Shown one piece after another: positions 9,760 to 19,638 of a stretch of 32,000 bases of DNA. The stretch lies in the NCBI RefSeq assembly GCF_000011465.1, contig NC_005072.1, positions 210,001 through 242,000 of the forward strand, in the 5' to 3' direction. Position 1 is the first letter of the stretch; each line of letters begins with the position of its first letter. The position numbers were made by a program, and so were the translations under genes. The DNA is from Prochlorococcus marinus subsp. pastoris str. CCMP1986 (lineage in GTDB: Bacteria > Cyanobacteriota > Cyanobacteriia > PCC-6307 > Cyanobiaceae). Under the pieces are notes generated by a model. That model saw only the letters and a program-made list of their open reading frames with translations. It was not told the DNA's origin and ran no database searches.

Positions 9760-11616
9760 TTAGATATAGTTAGCAACTTTAACCTCAGATCGATTAAGTA
9801 AATCTTGGATATCTTCAGTATCAATTGTTTCTCGCTCAATTAGCATTGAAGCCATTTCATCAAGAACACTTCTGTTATCTGAAAGGACTTTTGTCGCTCT
9901 TTTGTATGCTGTATCAACAAGTTCTGAAACTTCTACATCAATTGTTGCAGCTGTATCTTCAGAGAAGTCTCTTGTCGCGCTCATGTCTCTCCCGAGGAAC
10001 ATTCCCCCTTGTGATTGACCCAAAGCTACTGGACCTATTTTATCGCTCATTCCAAATTTAGTAATCATTTGTCTTGCAACATTAGCAACTTGCTGTAAAT
10101 CGTTAGAAGCTCCTGTAGTAACTTCCTCTTCTCCATATACTATTTCCTCAGCAACTCTTCCACCTAGGGCTACAGCCATTTGATTTTGTAGGTAAGAACG
10201 TGAGTAAAGGCCGGACTCCATCCTTTCTTCACTAGGAGTAAAGAAGGTTAGACCTCCTGCTTGGCCCCTAGGAATTATGGAAACTTTTGCTACAGCGTCA
10301 TAATCAGGCATGCAAGCGCCAACTAAAGCATGACCTGCCTCGTGATAGGCAACAAGTTCTTTCTTTCTGTCACTTATAACTCTATCTTTCTTTTCTGGTC
10401 CTGCCATTACTCTCTCGATAGCATCTCCTACTTCATCATTACTTACAGTATCGAGATCTTTTCTTGCTGCAAGGATAGCTGCCTCGTTTAAAAGATTAGC
10501 TAAATCAGCACCTGTAAACCCAGGAGTTCTTCTCGCAACCTTATCAAGGTCTACATCTTTTGAAAGAGTTTTATCCTTGGCATGAACATTTAAAATTTGT
10601 AATCTTCCAGCGTAATCAGGCCTATCTACAGTTACTTGTCTATCAAATCTACCTGGTCTCATTAATGCTGAGTCCAAAACATCCGGTCTGTTAGTTGCCG
10701 CAACAATAATAATTCCAGAATTACCCTCAAAACCATCCATTTCAGTTAAAAGTTGGTTTAAAGTTTGTTCTCTCTCGTCATTTCCACCTCCCATGCCAGC
10801 ACCTCTTTGTCTTCCAACAGCATCTATTTCATCAATAAAAACAATACATGGGGCATTTTTTTTAGCTTGTTCAAATAAATCTCTAACCCTACTTGCACCA
10901 ACTCCAACAAACATTTCAACAAATTCAGATCCAGAGATTGAGAAAAAAGGCACACCTGCTTCGCCCGCAACTGCTTTTGCTAAAAGAGTCTTTCCTGTTC
11001 CTGGTGGTCCAACTAGAAGAACACCTTTAGGAATTTTTGCACCAACGGCAGTAAATCTGTCAGGGCTTTTAAGAAAGTCTACAACCTCTGTTAACTCTAA
11101 TTTTGCTCCTTCAACACCAGCAACATCTGAAAAAGTTACTTGAGTAGAAGGTTCCATTTGAAGTCTAGCTTTGCTTTTTCCAAAACTCATTGCTGGATTA
11201 CCACCACCACCTCCACTTCCATTTTGTGATCTTCTAAATAGGAAGAATAAACCTCCTATTAATAAAACCGGGAAAATTAAACTACTTATAGCTTGCTGCC
11301 AAGGATTAGCTAATTTTGTGGGTGTAACGGCTATATCTACATCATTCTCGGTTAGGATTTTTAATAAATCTTTATCTGGAGCCAGATTAACTTCAGATCT
11401 ACTGCCATCGTTTTCAACAACTTGTGCAGTTCCACTATCTGGGGATAATAAAACCCTGCTAACTTCTTTATCTTGAACAGCTTCTATAAAATCACTATAT
11501 CTAAGGGTTTTGGTGGCATTCTCAGTCTTAGGTTTATCAAAAACAGAAGTACCTATAAAAATTACTGTAATTACTGCTAGGACGTAAAGTCCTACGTTTC
11601 TCCAACGTTTGTTCAC
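9760..11616 (-). CDS. ftsH: ATP-dependent zinc metalloprotease FtsH
   Basis: AAA+ motifs [26 protein letters not shown] region, and HEAGH zinc-binding site. Confidence 0.98.
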   Translation of the reverse strand: MNKRWRNVGLYVLAVITVIFIGTSVFDKPKTENATKTLRYSDFIEAVQDKEVSRVLLSPDSGTAQVVENDGSRSEVNLAPDKDLLKILTENDVDIAVTPTKLANPWQQAISSLIFPVLLIGGLFFLFRRSQNGSGGGGGNPAMSFGKSKARLQMEPSTQVTFSDVAGVEGAKLELTEVVDFLKSPDRFTAVGAKIPKGVLLVGPPGTGKTLLAKAVAGEAGVPFFSISGSEFVEMFVGVGASRVRDLFEQAKKNAPCIVFIDEIDAVGRQRGAGMGGGNDEREQTLNQLLTEMDGFEGNSGIIIVAATNRPDVLDSALMRPGRFDRQVTVDRPDYAGRLQILNVHAKDKTLSKDVDLDKVARRTPGFTGADLANLLNEAAILAARKDLDTVSNDEVGDAIERVMAGPEKKDRVISDRKKELVAYHEAGHALVGACMPDYDAVAKVSIIPRGQAGGLTFFTPSEERMESGLYSRSYLQNQMAVALGGRVAEEIVYGEEEVTTGASNDLQQVANVARQMITKFGMSDKIGPVALGQSQGGMFLGRDMSATRDFSEDTAATIDVEVSELVDTAYKRATKVLSDNRSVLDEMASMLIERETIDTEDIQDLLNRSEVKVANYI

Positions 11617-11662
11617 GATAAAAAATTTCTATTAAGACTATGATACTAATAATAAAACAATA

Positions 11663-12838
11663 TTAAGACTTTCTAAGTACATCTACTACACTTTTAAATG
11701 CGAACCATTCTGGAATTGAATCTCCATTCCTCAGCTTTTTCCTGAATTCTGTACCGCTTAGTTTCATTATCTGATATTTTTTCTCTTTTGCTTCTTCGGC
11801 AGTTATGTAACCTTTTTCTATTGTGTATACCAAATTTTTTGAAGGTACAGTTTTCATCAGTAACTCTTCTGCGCATTCATTGGCAAAAGTCTGGGCATCA
11901 TAAGGTCCATAAAAATCTTCACCAGTTGATGATGATTTACATCCAGCCATATCCCTACCAATTATAAAATGAGTACATCCATAATTCCTTCTTATAATCA
12001 TGTGTTGAAGAGCTTCTCTAGGTCCAGCCATATGCATTGAGTATGGCAAAAAAGCCCATTTTATTTTCTTATTAGAAATTTCTTCTTCTAATTTTTTATA
12101 GGTCAAATATCGGACTTTCCCTGGAATATCATCCTGTTGTGTTGGCCCGCAAGTTGGATGAACCAAAACAACTGAATTTGAGGAAACATTTTCCGATTGT
12201 AAGGCGTTAGTAAACAATTCATAATGAGCTCTATGAATTGGATTTCTACATTGAAAAGCAACTACATCAAAATTAGCAGGTAATAAATCTCTTACTTCTT
12301 TTGGTGTTTTACATGGAAAATCTCTATTTGGGAGCTCCAATCCATAAACTTTACCCCCTATGTAGTATCTGCCTCTTTCATTGAAAATCATCTTTACTGC
12401 AGGATGATCCAAAGAATTAGTCCCGTAACAAAATTCTGCCTCTTCGGCCTTATCTGGCTCCCATTTTGAACTTACTTTTAAAATCGCTAATTTTTGTTTT
12501 TTATAAGTGAGTAATATTGTTTCATCCTCCTTGATTTGTGCATTATTAGTATCAAATACAATCGGCAAACCAAAGAGTAAACCCTTTGTATCTCTATGGC
12601 TTTTAATTACAGATTTATACTCTTCTTTATCCATAAATCCTTCTAGAGGAGAAAATCCGCCAACCATTAATAGTTCTATATCACAAGCATTTCTATCACT
12701 ACATTCGTGTTGATACGAAACTTGAGAAAGAAGCTTTAATTTTAGTTCTTCATCCTTAATAATTAATTCTTTTAGTTCACCGCCATAAGCAGGTATTAAA
12801 CCTTTTGAATCTCTTTTAGATTCTTGTTGTGAATTCAT
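11663..12838 (-). CDS. sat: Sulfate adenylyltransferase (ATP sulfurylase)
   Basis: QCRNPIHRAHYELF, GPTQQDDIPGKVRYLTY, HFIIGRDMAGC. Confidence 0.96.
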   Translation of the reverse strand: MNSQQESKRDSKGLIPAYGGELKELIIKDEELKLKLLSQVSYQHECSDRNACDIELLMVGGFSPLEGFMDKEEYKSVIKSHRDTKGLLFGLPIVFDTNNAQIKEDETILLTYKKQKLAILKVSSKWEPDKAEEAEFCYGTNSLDHPAVKMIFNERGRYYIGGKVYGLELPNRDFPCKTPKEVRDLLPANFDVVAFQCRNPIHRAHYELFTNALQSENVSSNSVVLVHPTCGPTQQDDIPGKVRYLTYKKLEEEISNKKIKWAFLPYSMHMAGPREALQHMIIRRNYGCTHFIIGRDMAGCKSSSTGEDFYGPYDAQTFANECAEELLMKTVPSKNLVYTIEKGYITAEEAKEKKYQIMKLSGTEFRKKLRNGDSIPEWFAFKSVVDVLRKS

Positions 12839-12865
12839 TTTATGATTTGTATAAGATAAATTAAA

Positions 12866-12898
12866 AAAAAAGAGGGCTTGTTTAAACCCTCTTTTTTT
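12866..12898 (-). terminator. Intrinsic terminator downstream of psbO
   Basis: AGAGGG ... CCCTCT stem flanked by A and T runs (aaaaaaagagggcttgtttaaaccctcttttttt), just after the psbO stop on the minus strand. Confidence 0.85.
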
Positions 12899-12912
12899 AT
12901 ATTTATTTAGAA

Positions 12913-13707
12913 TTAAGCTTTTCTTCCATAAAGCTCACCAATTATTTTTACATCAAGAGGTTCTTTTGAACCCATATCTGTATCGGAAGGTTGGATCGCA
13001 ACAAATGTACCTGCAAATTCATCTGTATCAGAATCTACATTTTCAATTGATAGTTTTACAACTCCAGTACCATTTACATCAACTTTGATATTTTCTTTAG
13101 CAAGTTCTTCATCATCTCCACCTAGGGCAACTAAACCTTGAGCGTATTCAACTCCAGTATTTTTGGCTCTGGCTTTAGGATCTAAAAAATCTCCTGTTCT
13201 GTAATTAGGTGTGAATGTAGCACCACTGACTTCTGTCCCAGGCTCGATTGAGGAAGGTAGATCAGCTGTTAAATCTTTTGCAGAAAATGCAAATGGAACC
13301 TCTAAACCTCCAGGAGTTAGAACAGTAATTAATTGAAAATCAATACCACCTTTTTCAGTAAATGTACCGGAGTCTATATCTCCATATACTTCTGTAACTG
13401 TAGTGTTATTCCTAGGGCTAATAATTTTTGTTGCAACAAATTCTGCTTCTTTTCTTTTTGATCCCGGAACTTTTACATAAACTTCTGTTGGATGCATGCA
13501 TATCCCTTTTAAGGAATCACCATTGCCTAAAGATATTGATCCGACTAGAGATGAATCTAAGGAAGGACAATCGTTAGCTTTACCTGTGTTTACAACATCT
13601 GTAAATTGGGCATTTCCTCTCTCGGAGAAGGCATATGTTTTATCTGTGACAAAAGCAAAAGTTAAACAAAAAGAAATAACTAAAGCTAATAAAGAACGAA
13701 TTCTCAT
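12913..13707 (-). CDS. psbO: Photosystem II manganese-stabilising protein PsbO
   Basis: N-terminal signal-like segment, then LTYDDI-like region TGKANDCPSLDSS...GDIDSGTFTEKGGIDFQLITVLTPGGLEVPFAFSAKDL...GELYGRKA. Confidence 0.93.
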   Translation of the reverse strand: MRIRSLLALVISFCLTFAFVTDKTYAFSERGNAQFTDVVNTGKANDCPSLDSSLVGSISLGNGDSLKGICMHPTEVYVKVPGSKRKEAEFVATKIISPRNNTTVTEVYGDIDSGTFTEKGGIDFQLITVLTPGGLEVPFAFSAKDLTADLPSSIEPGTEVSGATFTPNYRTGDFLDPKARAKNTGVEYAQGLVALGGDDEELAKENIKVDVNGTGVVKLSIENVDSDTDEFAGTFVAIQPSDTDMGSKEPLDVKIIGELYGRKA

Positions 13708-13921
13708 AATAAAATTTTAATAAAGTTCTGTGACTGCTGGTAAAGGATTACTTAAAAATGTTCAGTACGGATAATACAAGGTAAAGAACCACAAAAGAAA
13801 GTTTTTTAGATCCTCGAAACAACTCGTAGCTTTTTAATTTTTAAAACTTGAGATATTTTAAGATATCAGACTATTTTTAATGATTAAGATTACAAAAAAA
13901 TACAAATATAAATGTTGTGGA

Positions 13922-15196
13922 TCATTTTTTAGTTGAAATAATTTCATCTATTAAATTATTAGCTAACTCAATCTTTGATGTTTTTTCTAGATAATTTTCC
14001 ATATTTTTTTTATCAAAAAGCCATCCTTCATTTTTTGCAAGTGAGCCAAATCCTTGGTCTTCGATATCTATAGGATTTGCAAATAGTAAATCACAACCCT
14101 TAAGCATTATTTTTTCTTTAATGCTCTTTTTTGCACTTTTAAAAGAACCTGTAAATGCACAAAATCCAACAAAAATTTGATTTTCTTTTTTTACTTTACT
14201 TATCTCTTTTAAAATATCTGGAACATATTCTATATTTTTATTTAAAAAATCCTCAAATTTGCTTTTTGGAATTTTTTTTGAAGTATCTCCTGATATTTTG
14301 AAATCTGCTACTGCAGCATTCATAATGAAATAATCACATTTCGAAATTTCTTTTTCAATTTCCTGAATTAAATCATTACTATTATCTATTTCATACGTAT
14401 TAATTCCTTCTGTTATATCTAGTTTATTTTTTAAAGGACCATGTATATATTTGACTTTTGCACCCCTAAATCTTGCTACTTGAGCAAGCATTAATCCCAT
14501 AGTTCCCGAACTATTGTTAGTTATCTTTCTTGCTGCATCTATGTTTTCTGAAGTACAACCTCCTGTAATTAAAAACTCTTTATTTAATAAGTCTCTGTAA
14601 TAGGGCTTTTTATTTTGAAGGAGTAAAAACTTAAGAGCTAGTTGTATTAAATCATTTGGGGGTATTTTACCAACTCCAATTTCGTCACAAGCTAGGATCC
14701 CTTTGCTTGGCTTAAGGATTAAAACATTTGGATAATCTTTCAAATATACATAATTTCTTTGAACAGCTTTATTACTCCACATCTTAGAATTCATTGCTGG
14801 AGCAACAATAATAGGCTTATTATTCGCAATTAAAATACTTGATATCAATCCATCAGCATTACCTGTAACCCACTTCGAAAGTGTTGTTGCAGTCAAAGGA
14901 GCAATTATCAAAACATCAGCCCATTCGCATAAATCTATATGTAGAGGTCTTGAATGAAGATATGACCATTGGTCCTTATCTAATATGCAATTATTCCTAC
15001 TTAAGATAGAAAGTGAAAGTGGCTGAATTAGTTTTTCAGCATTTTCAGAAACAACGCACTTTATCTCATAATTATCTTTAACTAATTGACTTACTAGTAA
15101 GGGGATCCTTACTGCAGCAATACTTCCAGTAATTAATAAAAGAACCTTAACTTTTAATTCTTTAGATTTAACGTTCATCCAATTGTTCCTCTTCAA
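13922..15196 (-). CDS. coaBC: Bifunctional phosphopantothenoylcysteine decarboxylase/phosphopantothenate-cysteine ligase
   Basis: LLITGSIAAVRIPLLVSQL, APAMNSKMW, GILACDEIGVGK, FLITGGCTSENIDAARKITNNSSGTMG. The start may be at the internal M (MNVKSKEL). Confidence 0.93.
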   Translation of the reverse strand: MKRNNWMNVKSKELKVKVLLLITGSIAAVRIPLLVSQLVKDNYEIKCVVSENAEKLIQPLSLSILSRNNCILDKDQWSYLHSRPLHIDLCEWADVLIIAPLTATTLSKWVTGNADGLISSILIANNKPIIVAPAMNSKMWSNKAVQRNYVYLKDYPNVLILKPSKGILACDEIGVGKIPPNDLIQLALKFLLLQNKKPYYRDLLNKEFLITGGCTSENIDAARKITNNSSGTMGLMLAQVARFRGAKVKYIHGPLKNKLDITEGINTYEIDNSNDLIQEIEKEISKCDYFIMNAAVADFKISGDTSKKIPKSKFEDFLNKNIEYVPDILKEISKVKKENQIFVGFCAFTGSFKSAKKSIKEKIMLKGCDLLFANPIDIEDQGFGSLAKNEGWLFDKKNMENYLEKTSKIELANNLIDEIISTKK

Positions 15197-15389
15197 TAAG
15201 ATGAATGTAATCGGATATTAATTTATACCTTTTAGTTTCAAAAGTCCTCACCAAATTCCAATTTTTAAATACATTAAATGGTTTAACGTAATTTTCCTCT
15301 CCTAAAGTTTTGGCAAGCTTAAAAGTTCCTTCTTCATATGATGTATAAAAAGGCTTTTTAAATATCTTGTTATCGGATGTGAATAACAT
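15168..15389 (-). CDS. Conserved cyanobacterial protein, DUF2555-like
   Basis: ENYVKPFNVFKNWNLVRTFETKRYKLISDYIHLIEEEQLDE resembles the DUF2555 pattern. Overlaps the 5' end of coaBC. Confidence 0.65.
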   Translation of the reverse strand: MLFTSDNKIFKKPFYTSYEEGTFKLAKTLGEENYVKPFNVFKNWNLVRTFETKRYKLISDYIHLIEEEQLDER

Positions 15390-15589
15390 TTTTATCCTTG
15401 TCCATGTATTTTTAATAATATAACCGCAAGGAAATTCATATTCACTAAATATTGCTCACTTTGAAAAATTTTTCAAAAATAATAAAAATATTGAATCTAT
15501 TTAATTTTTTTATATTATAATTTTAGACACAAATTATTAATTCTTTTAAAAAAAAAATTATTTAAACTAAGAATGACGAAATATCAATT

Positions 15590-15772
15590 ATGTCACAAAC
15601 AAAAAAAGAGCAAATAGTAAGTCATTTGCGTTATTTAAGGCAGGAATTAAGAGAAATGCATTTAGGAATTCAAGATGATGGATTATTTCCTGAACCTGGA
15701 GAAATAAGAGGAATTCTTGCCCAAATGGAAGCTTTACTTGAATTAATTGAAGGTAATCCTAAAGTTAAATAA
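15590..15772 (+). CDS. Conserved short hypothetical protein (60 aa)
   Basis: Complete ORF, compositionally ordered coding sequence MSQTKKEQIVSHLRYLRQELREMHLGIQDDGLFPEPGEIRGILAQMEALLELIEG. Confidence 0.7.
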   Translation: MSQTKKEQIVSHLRYLRQELREMHLGIQDDGLFPEPGEIRGILAQMEALLELIEGNPKVK

Positions 15773-15808
15773 ATTATGAATAGATCCAGCAGTTAGTTAA
15801 GATTCAGA

Positions 15809-16150
15809 ATGTTTTTTAAACCCCAAAAGACTAAATTTCAACGATTAGTTATTGAAACTTTTGACAGTTTAAGCCAATGGGCAGTAAATCCATGGCGTAG
15901 ATATTCTTTAGCTTTAACTGTTGTTTTGACTGGTTACTTTTTTGGGAGTTCATTAGGAATGATAAGTGCAGTCGTTGAATTAATTGACCCGGTAGGAGCT
16001 TTTTTATCAGTTTTTTTTATTGAAATTTTGATAAAATTTAGACGTAGATTACGTTTTGATAAAAGAAAAAAAATATTAGTATTATTACTTGATTCCTTAA
16101 GATTAGGTTTGTTTTACGGTTTTTTTACTGAAAGTCTAAAATTGCTTTAA
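15809..16150 (+). CDS. Ycf20/DUF565 family membrane protein
   Basis: NPWRRYSLALTVVLTGYFFGSSLGMISAV and DPVGAFLSVFFIEILIKFRRR are characteristic of DUF565. Confidence 0.8.
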   Translation: MFFKPQKTKFQRLVIETFDSLSQWAVNPWRRYSLALTVVLTGYFFGSSLGMISAVVELIDPVGAFLSVFFIEILIKFRRRLRFDKRKKILVLLLDSLRLGLFYGFFTESLKLL

Positions 16151-16152
16151 AT

Positions 16153-17169
16153 TTAATTATTGAATTTACTTAATAGATAAAGTAAAGCCATTCTTGTCGG
16201 AATACCATTTGAAACTTGATCATTTATTAGGCAATTTGGATATTCATCAACAACTCTGCTGCTGATTTCAATGCCACGATTAATAGGCCCTGGGTGCAAA
16301 ATAGGAATATCTTTACAATTCAAGGATAGTTTTTCTGGAGTCAAACAATAATTTTCACTATACGATTTAATACTGCTTAATAAATTCTCTATCATTCTTT
16401 CTTTTTGTAATCTTAAAACAATTACTGCATCTGCACATTTAATGGATTCTTCTAATGAACTCGAAATTGTGATAGAACCTCTTGAAGAAATAGGGTCTCT
16501 TAATTGATTTGGTGGAGAACTACTTACAAAATCAGTAAATTCTTCAGGAATAAGTGTGGGTGGACCACACAAGATTATGTTTGCCCCAAATGCGGTCAAT
16601 GCCCAAAGATTTGATCTGGCAACTCTAGAGTGAATTACATCACCAACTATTAATATTTTTTTAGAATTTAATATCTCTGGTTTCAGTAATTTTGGAGAAA
16701 AGAATTTTATTAATGTATAAAGATCTAGTAATCCTTGACTAGGGTGGCTATGTAAACCATCACCTGCATTAAGAACCGAAGTTTTTGCTTTAGATGCATC
16801 GAGTTTTTTGGAAATTTCTAAAGGGACATGGCTAGATGAATGTCTAATGACTAAAATATCAGACCCCATGGCAGCATATGTTAGTGCAGTATCTATGAGG
16901 GTTTCTCCTTTACTTAAAGAACTTGAAGAAGGAGAAAAGCTTTGAACATCTGCAGATAGCCTTTTGGCAGCAAGCTCAAAACTATTGCGAGTTCTAGTAC
17001 TAGCCTCAAAAAATATTGATGTTATTAACTTTCCTTGTAAAGCAGGTATTTTTTTTGTCCCGGCATTATTAAGAGATTTAAATCTTTCAGTTAACTCAAT
17101 AACTGATTCGTAATCATCTATTGAGAAATTTGAAAGTGTGAGGATATGTTTGTGAGGCCAATTTCCCAT
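16153..17169 (-). CDS. pyrB: Aspartate carbamoyltransferase catalytic subunit
   Basis: [50 protein letters not shown]. Confidence 0.96.
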   Translation of the reverse strand: MGNWPHKHILTLSNFSIDDYESVIELTERFKSLNNAGTKKIPALQGKLITSIFFEASTRTRNSFELAAKRLSADVQSFSPSSSSLSKGETLIDTALTYAAMGSDILVIRHSSSHVPLEISKKLDASKAKTSVLNAGDGLHSHPSQGLLDLYTLIKFFSPKLLKPEILNSKKILIVGDVIHSRVARSNLWALTAFGANIILCGPPTLIPEEFTDFVSSSPPNQLRDPISSRGSITISSSLEESIKCADAVIVLRLQKERMIENLLSSIKSYSENYCLTPEKLSLNCKDIPILHPGPINRGIEISSRVVDEYPNCLINDQVSNGIPTRMALLYLLSKFNN

Positions 17170-17876
17170 TATGTTACACCAGACAAATTATTAGTTGAAT
17201 TTTTTAAATTAGGATTTCTATCACCTTTTTCCCTTTTACTAATACTTCTGCTCCTTTTAAGATACCAACGCCATTTTATATTTTTTGCTTTAGAAATGCC
17301 AATTCTTGTTGTTTGAATTAAATCTTTTTTCTCTAAATATGACTTTCCTTTGCTGATCCACAAACATTTATTATTAAGAATTTCGAGGGAATTGAATTTA
17401 TTATCTAATTCAAATGTTTTGGTTACTAATCCTGGGCCAGAAGCTAACCTTTCGTTTTTATTTGATATAAAAACCGCCCTTATTAAAACACCACTTGCAA
17501 AATTATCTTTATCAGTAACAATATTTAAGCAATGATGAATTCCGTAAGATCTGTAAATATAAAATCTTCCTGGCTCACCAAACAATACTTTATTAGAAAG
17601 AGTTTTTTTATTATATCCATGGCAAGCCTCTTCTTCTTGTGAATAAGCTTCAGTCTCAACTATCATACCTTTAATTAGGCCTTTATCAATTCTATTTCTA
17701 ATCAGATAACATCCAATTAAGTCAGGTGCTACAAGCTTGGAGTGCCTGTAAAAAAAATTTTTTTTTAAAGATTGTTGATCTATTTTTAAATACTTATCTA
17801 AGCTTATTTTTAACGGTGAAATACAATTAAGTCTAGCTTTTGAAGCATAAAAAAATTTTTTCTCTTTTATGAGATT
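17169..17876 (-). CDS. mpg: DNA-3-methyladenine glycosylase (MPG/AAG family); 5' boundary uncertain
   Basis: Tracked ORF 17169-17666 has MIVETEAY...[37 protein letters not shown]. Translating the same frame upstream adds ...[37 protein letters not shown] before that M, matching the conserved MPG N-terminus. No in-frame ATG/GTG/TTG exists between the stop at 17877-17879 and 17666, so the start lies somewhere in 17667-17876. Confidence 0.85.
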   Translation of the reverse strand, partial: NLIKEKKFFYASKARLNCISPLKISLDKYLKIDQQSLKKNFFYRHSKLVAPDLIGCYLIRNRIDKGLIKGMIVETEAYSQEEEACHGYNKKTLSNKVLFGEPGRFYIYRSYGIHHCLNIVTDKDNFASGVLIRAVFISNKNERLASGPGLVTKTFELDNKFNSLEILNNKCLWISKGKSYLEKKDLIQTTRIGISKAKNIKWRWYLKRSRSISKREKGDRNPNLKNSTNNLSGVT

Positions 17877-17986
17877 TTATAAATATATTGTTATCAATTT
17901 TGTTTAATTCATTAAAGGCTTAAGTAATGTTTGTGAAAATCCTTTAATATCTATGATGTAATTGATTTTTTGATAATTGAAAACAA

Positions 17987-18280
17987 ATGAAACGAATTAG
18001 TAGTGATGAAGTTAAAAAAGTAGCACAATTAGCAAGACTAGAACTAAATGAGAGTGAGATTAATCAGCATGCAGAACAGTTAGAAAAAATTTTGGAATAT
18101 ATTAAACAACTTGAGAAAATTAATACCGAGGATATTCCATGCACTACTAGAGCTATAGAAGTGGTCAATGTATTGAGAAAAGATGAAAAGAAAAACTATG
18201 AAAATTCGGAGGAAATTTTAGATTTGGCGCCTTCAAGAGAAAATAAATTTTTCAAAGTGCCAAAAATTATTAATGAATAG
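17987..18280 (+). CDS. gatC: Aspartyl/glutamyl-tRNA amidotransferase subunit C
   Basis: MKRISSDEVKKVAQLARLELNESE...LEKILEYIKQLEKINTEDIPCTTRAIEVVNVLRKD. Confidence 0.93.
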   Translation: MKRISSDEVKKVAQLARLELNESEINQHAEQLEKILEYIKQLEKINTEDIPCTTRAIEVVNVLRKDEKKNYENSEEILDLAPSRENKFFKVPKIINE

Positions 18281-19336
18281 CTAGTTACCACCGATATAAG
18301 TCTTATTAACTATCTTTAGTAAAATTTTTCTTATTTTAAAATTTGGGAATGAATTTATTATTTTTCTAAGTTTTCCTTTTTTACTTTTGTGACTTCTTAT
18401 CCCTATAATTAGATCATAAATAAAATTAAAAGTATCACCTTTAGTTTCAAAAATCCCTACTCTTTGAGGTGAACCTTTGATGTCTAATAAAGGTTTGGTT
18501 TTTTCGTAAGCTATTTTATATTCAAACCAGGGGATTGAAGGCCATAGGTGATGGATTAAATGATAATTTTGACCCATTATGAGGATATTCAAAAAATTGC
18601 CTGGATAAACTCTTGAATTTATCCATTTATTTTTTGAGCGAAATGGCCTATGAGGGAGATAATCAAAGAAAATACCTAAAGTGACTCCAACCATTAATGC
18701 AGGACCAAACCATAAATTATAAATTAAGTTCATAAAGTCAAATTTTAAGCCAGCTAAAATGATTGTTATAAATATCGATCTCTCTATTCCCCACTGTAGT
18801 AATTCATATTTTCTCCAGAGTTTTTTCTGGAAGAAAAATATTTCATGATAAAAAAATCTTGGAGCAATAAGCCAAATAGGCCCAAAAGTACTCACAATAT
18901 GGTCTGGATCTTTTTTGGGATCATTTACATGAATGTGATGTTGTAGGTGTACTCTAGTGAAAACTGGGAAACTGAAGCCTAACAGTATAGCTGATCCATG
19001 TCCCATTGCTTGGTTTATCCAGGGCACGGGATGGGCAGCCTTGTGACATGCATCATGTATCACGGTTCCTTCAATATGAAGAGCAAGAAATGCAGTGGCG
19101 ACTAGAAGAGGTAGAGGCCAAACTCCCCGATACCACTGCCATATACTCAGAAATGCAAGAAAATAACCACCAAAAAATAGACCTAATGTAGGATTCCAAA
19201 AATTAGGAGGGTCGACATAATTTTTGATCTCCCTGTTCCAGTTATATGTCTTGGAGGAATTAGTTTGAATATTTTTATTTTTACTAGTTAAGTTTGAAAT
19301 TGTTTCTTTTAATCTATGATTAATATAACCAATAAT
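18281..19336 (-). CDS. crtR: Beta-carotene hydroxylase (CrtR, fatty acid hydroxylase superfamily); 5' boundary uncertain
   Basis: His boxes HDACH, HLQHHIH and HLIHH. The tracked ORF begins at a GTG (19063) inside the conserved protein. The same frame continues upstream to 19336, adding ...NWNREIKNYVDPPNFWNPTLGLFFGGYFLAFLSIWQWYRGVWPLPLLVATAFLALHIEGT. The true start is unresolved. Confidence 0.87.
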   Translation of the reverse strand: MIGYINHRLKETISNLTSKNKNIQTNSSKTYNWNREIKNYVDPPNFWNPTLGLFFGGYFLAFLSIWQWYRGVWPLPLLVATAFLALHIEGTVIHDACHKAAHPVPWINQAMGHGSAILLGFSFPVFTRVHLQHHIHVNDPKKDPDHIVSTFGPIWLIAPRFFYHEIFFFQKKLWRKYELLQWGIERSIFITIILAGLKFDFMNLIYNLWFGPALMVGVTLGIFFDYLPHRPFRSKNKWINSRVYPGNFLNILIMGQNYHLIHHLWPSIPWFEYKIAYEKTKPLLDIKGSPQRVGIFETKGDTFNFIYDLIIGIRSHKSKKGKLRKIINSFPNFKIRKILLKIVNKTYIGGN

Positions 19337-19472
19337 TTATAGTGATTGCATAACAATATCAAACATTTTTAAATCTTTCTGAAATTATCGAGCCTAGTAT
19401 TATGTGTCAAATTAAGGATCTTAAGTAAAAAATATTTTTAAAATATACCTTGCTAAACTAAAATTTAATTAA

Positions 19473-19554
19473 GCGGTCGTGGCGGAATTGGTAGACGCGC
19501 GAGTTTTAGGTACTCGTATCTTCGGGTGTGGGAGTTCAAGTCTCCCCGACCGCA
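19473..19554 (+). tRNA. tRNA-Leu, anticodon UAG
   Basis: Acceptor GCGGTCG/CGACCGC, D-arm GGCGGAATTGGTAGACGC, anticodon arm CGAGT-TTTAGGT-ACTCG, variable arm, T-arm GGGAGTTCAAGTCTCCC. CCA is not encoded. Confidence 0.97.
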
Positions 19555-19638
19555 TTACAAGGGAAAATTTTTATTAAGCAACTAAATTAGTTAACTATTT
19601 GCATATTTACTATAATTTAAATATTAATAAGAATTTTT

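Noticed and set aside
9825-11476. Plus-strand ORFs 9825-10061, 10793-11143 and 11171-11476 antisense to ftsH
   Set aside because: Shadow ORFs of the conserved ftsH frame, proline/serine-rich reverse translations typical of antisense reading.
11694-13720. ORFs 11694-11876 (-), 12507-12713 (+) and 13496-13720 (+)
   Set aside because: Overlap sat or psbO in alternative frames or antisense; no independent support.
17350-17535. 61-aa plus-strand ORF opposite mpg
   Set aside because: Antisense to the conserved mpg frame.
19006-19191. 61-aa plus-strand ORF near the crtR 5' region
   Set aside because: Antisense to the conserved N-terminal crtR extension (HIEGTVIHDACHK), which explains the open frame.
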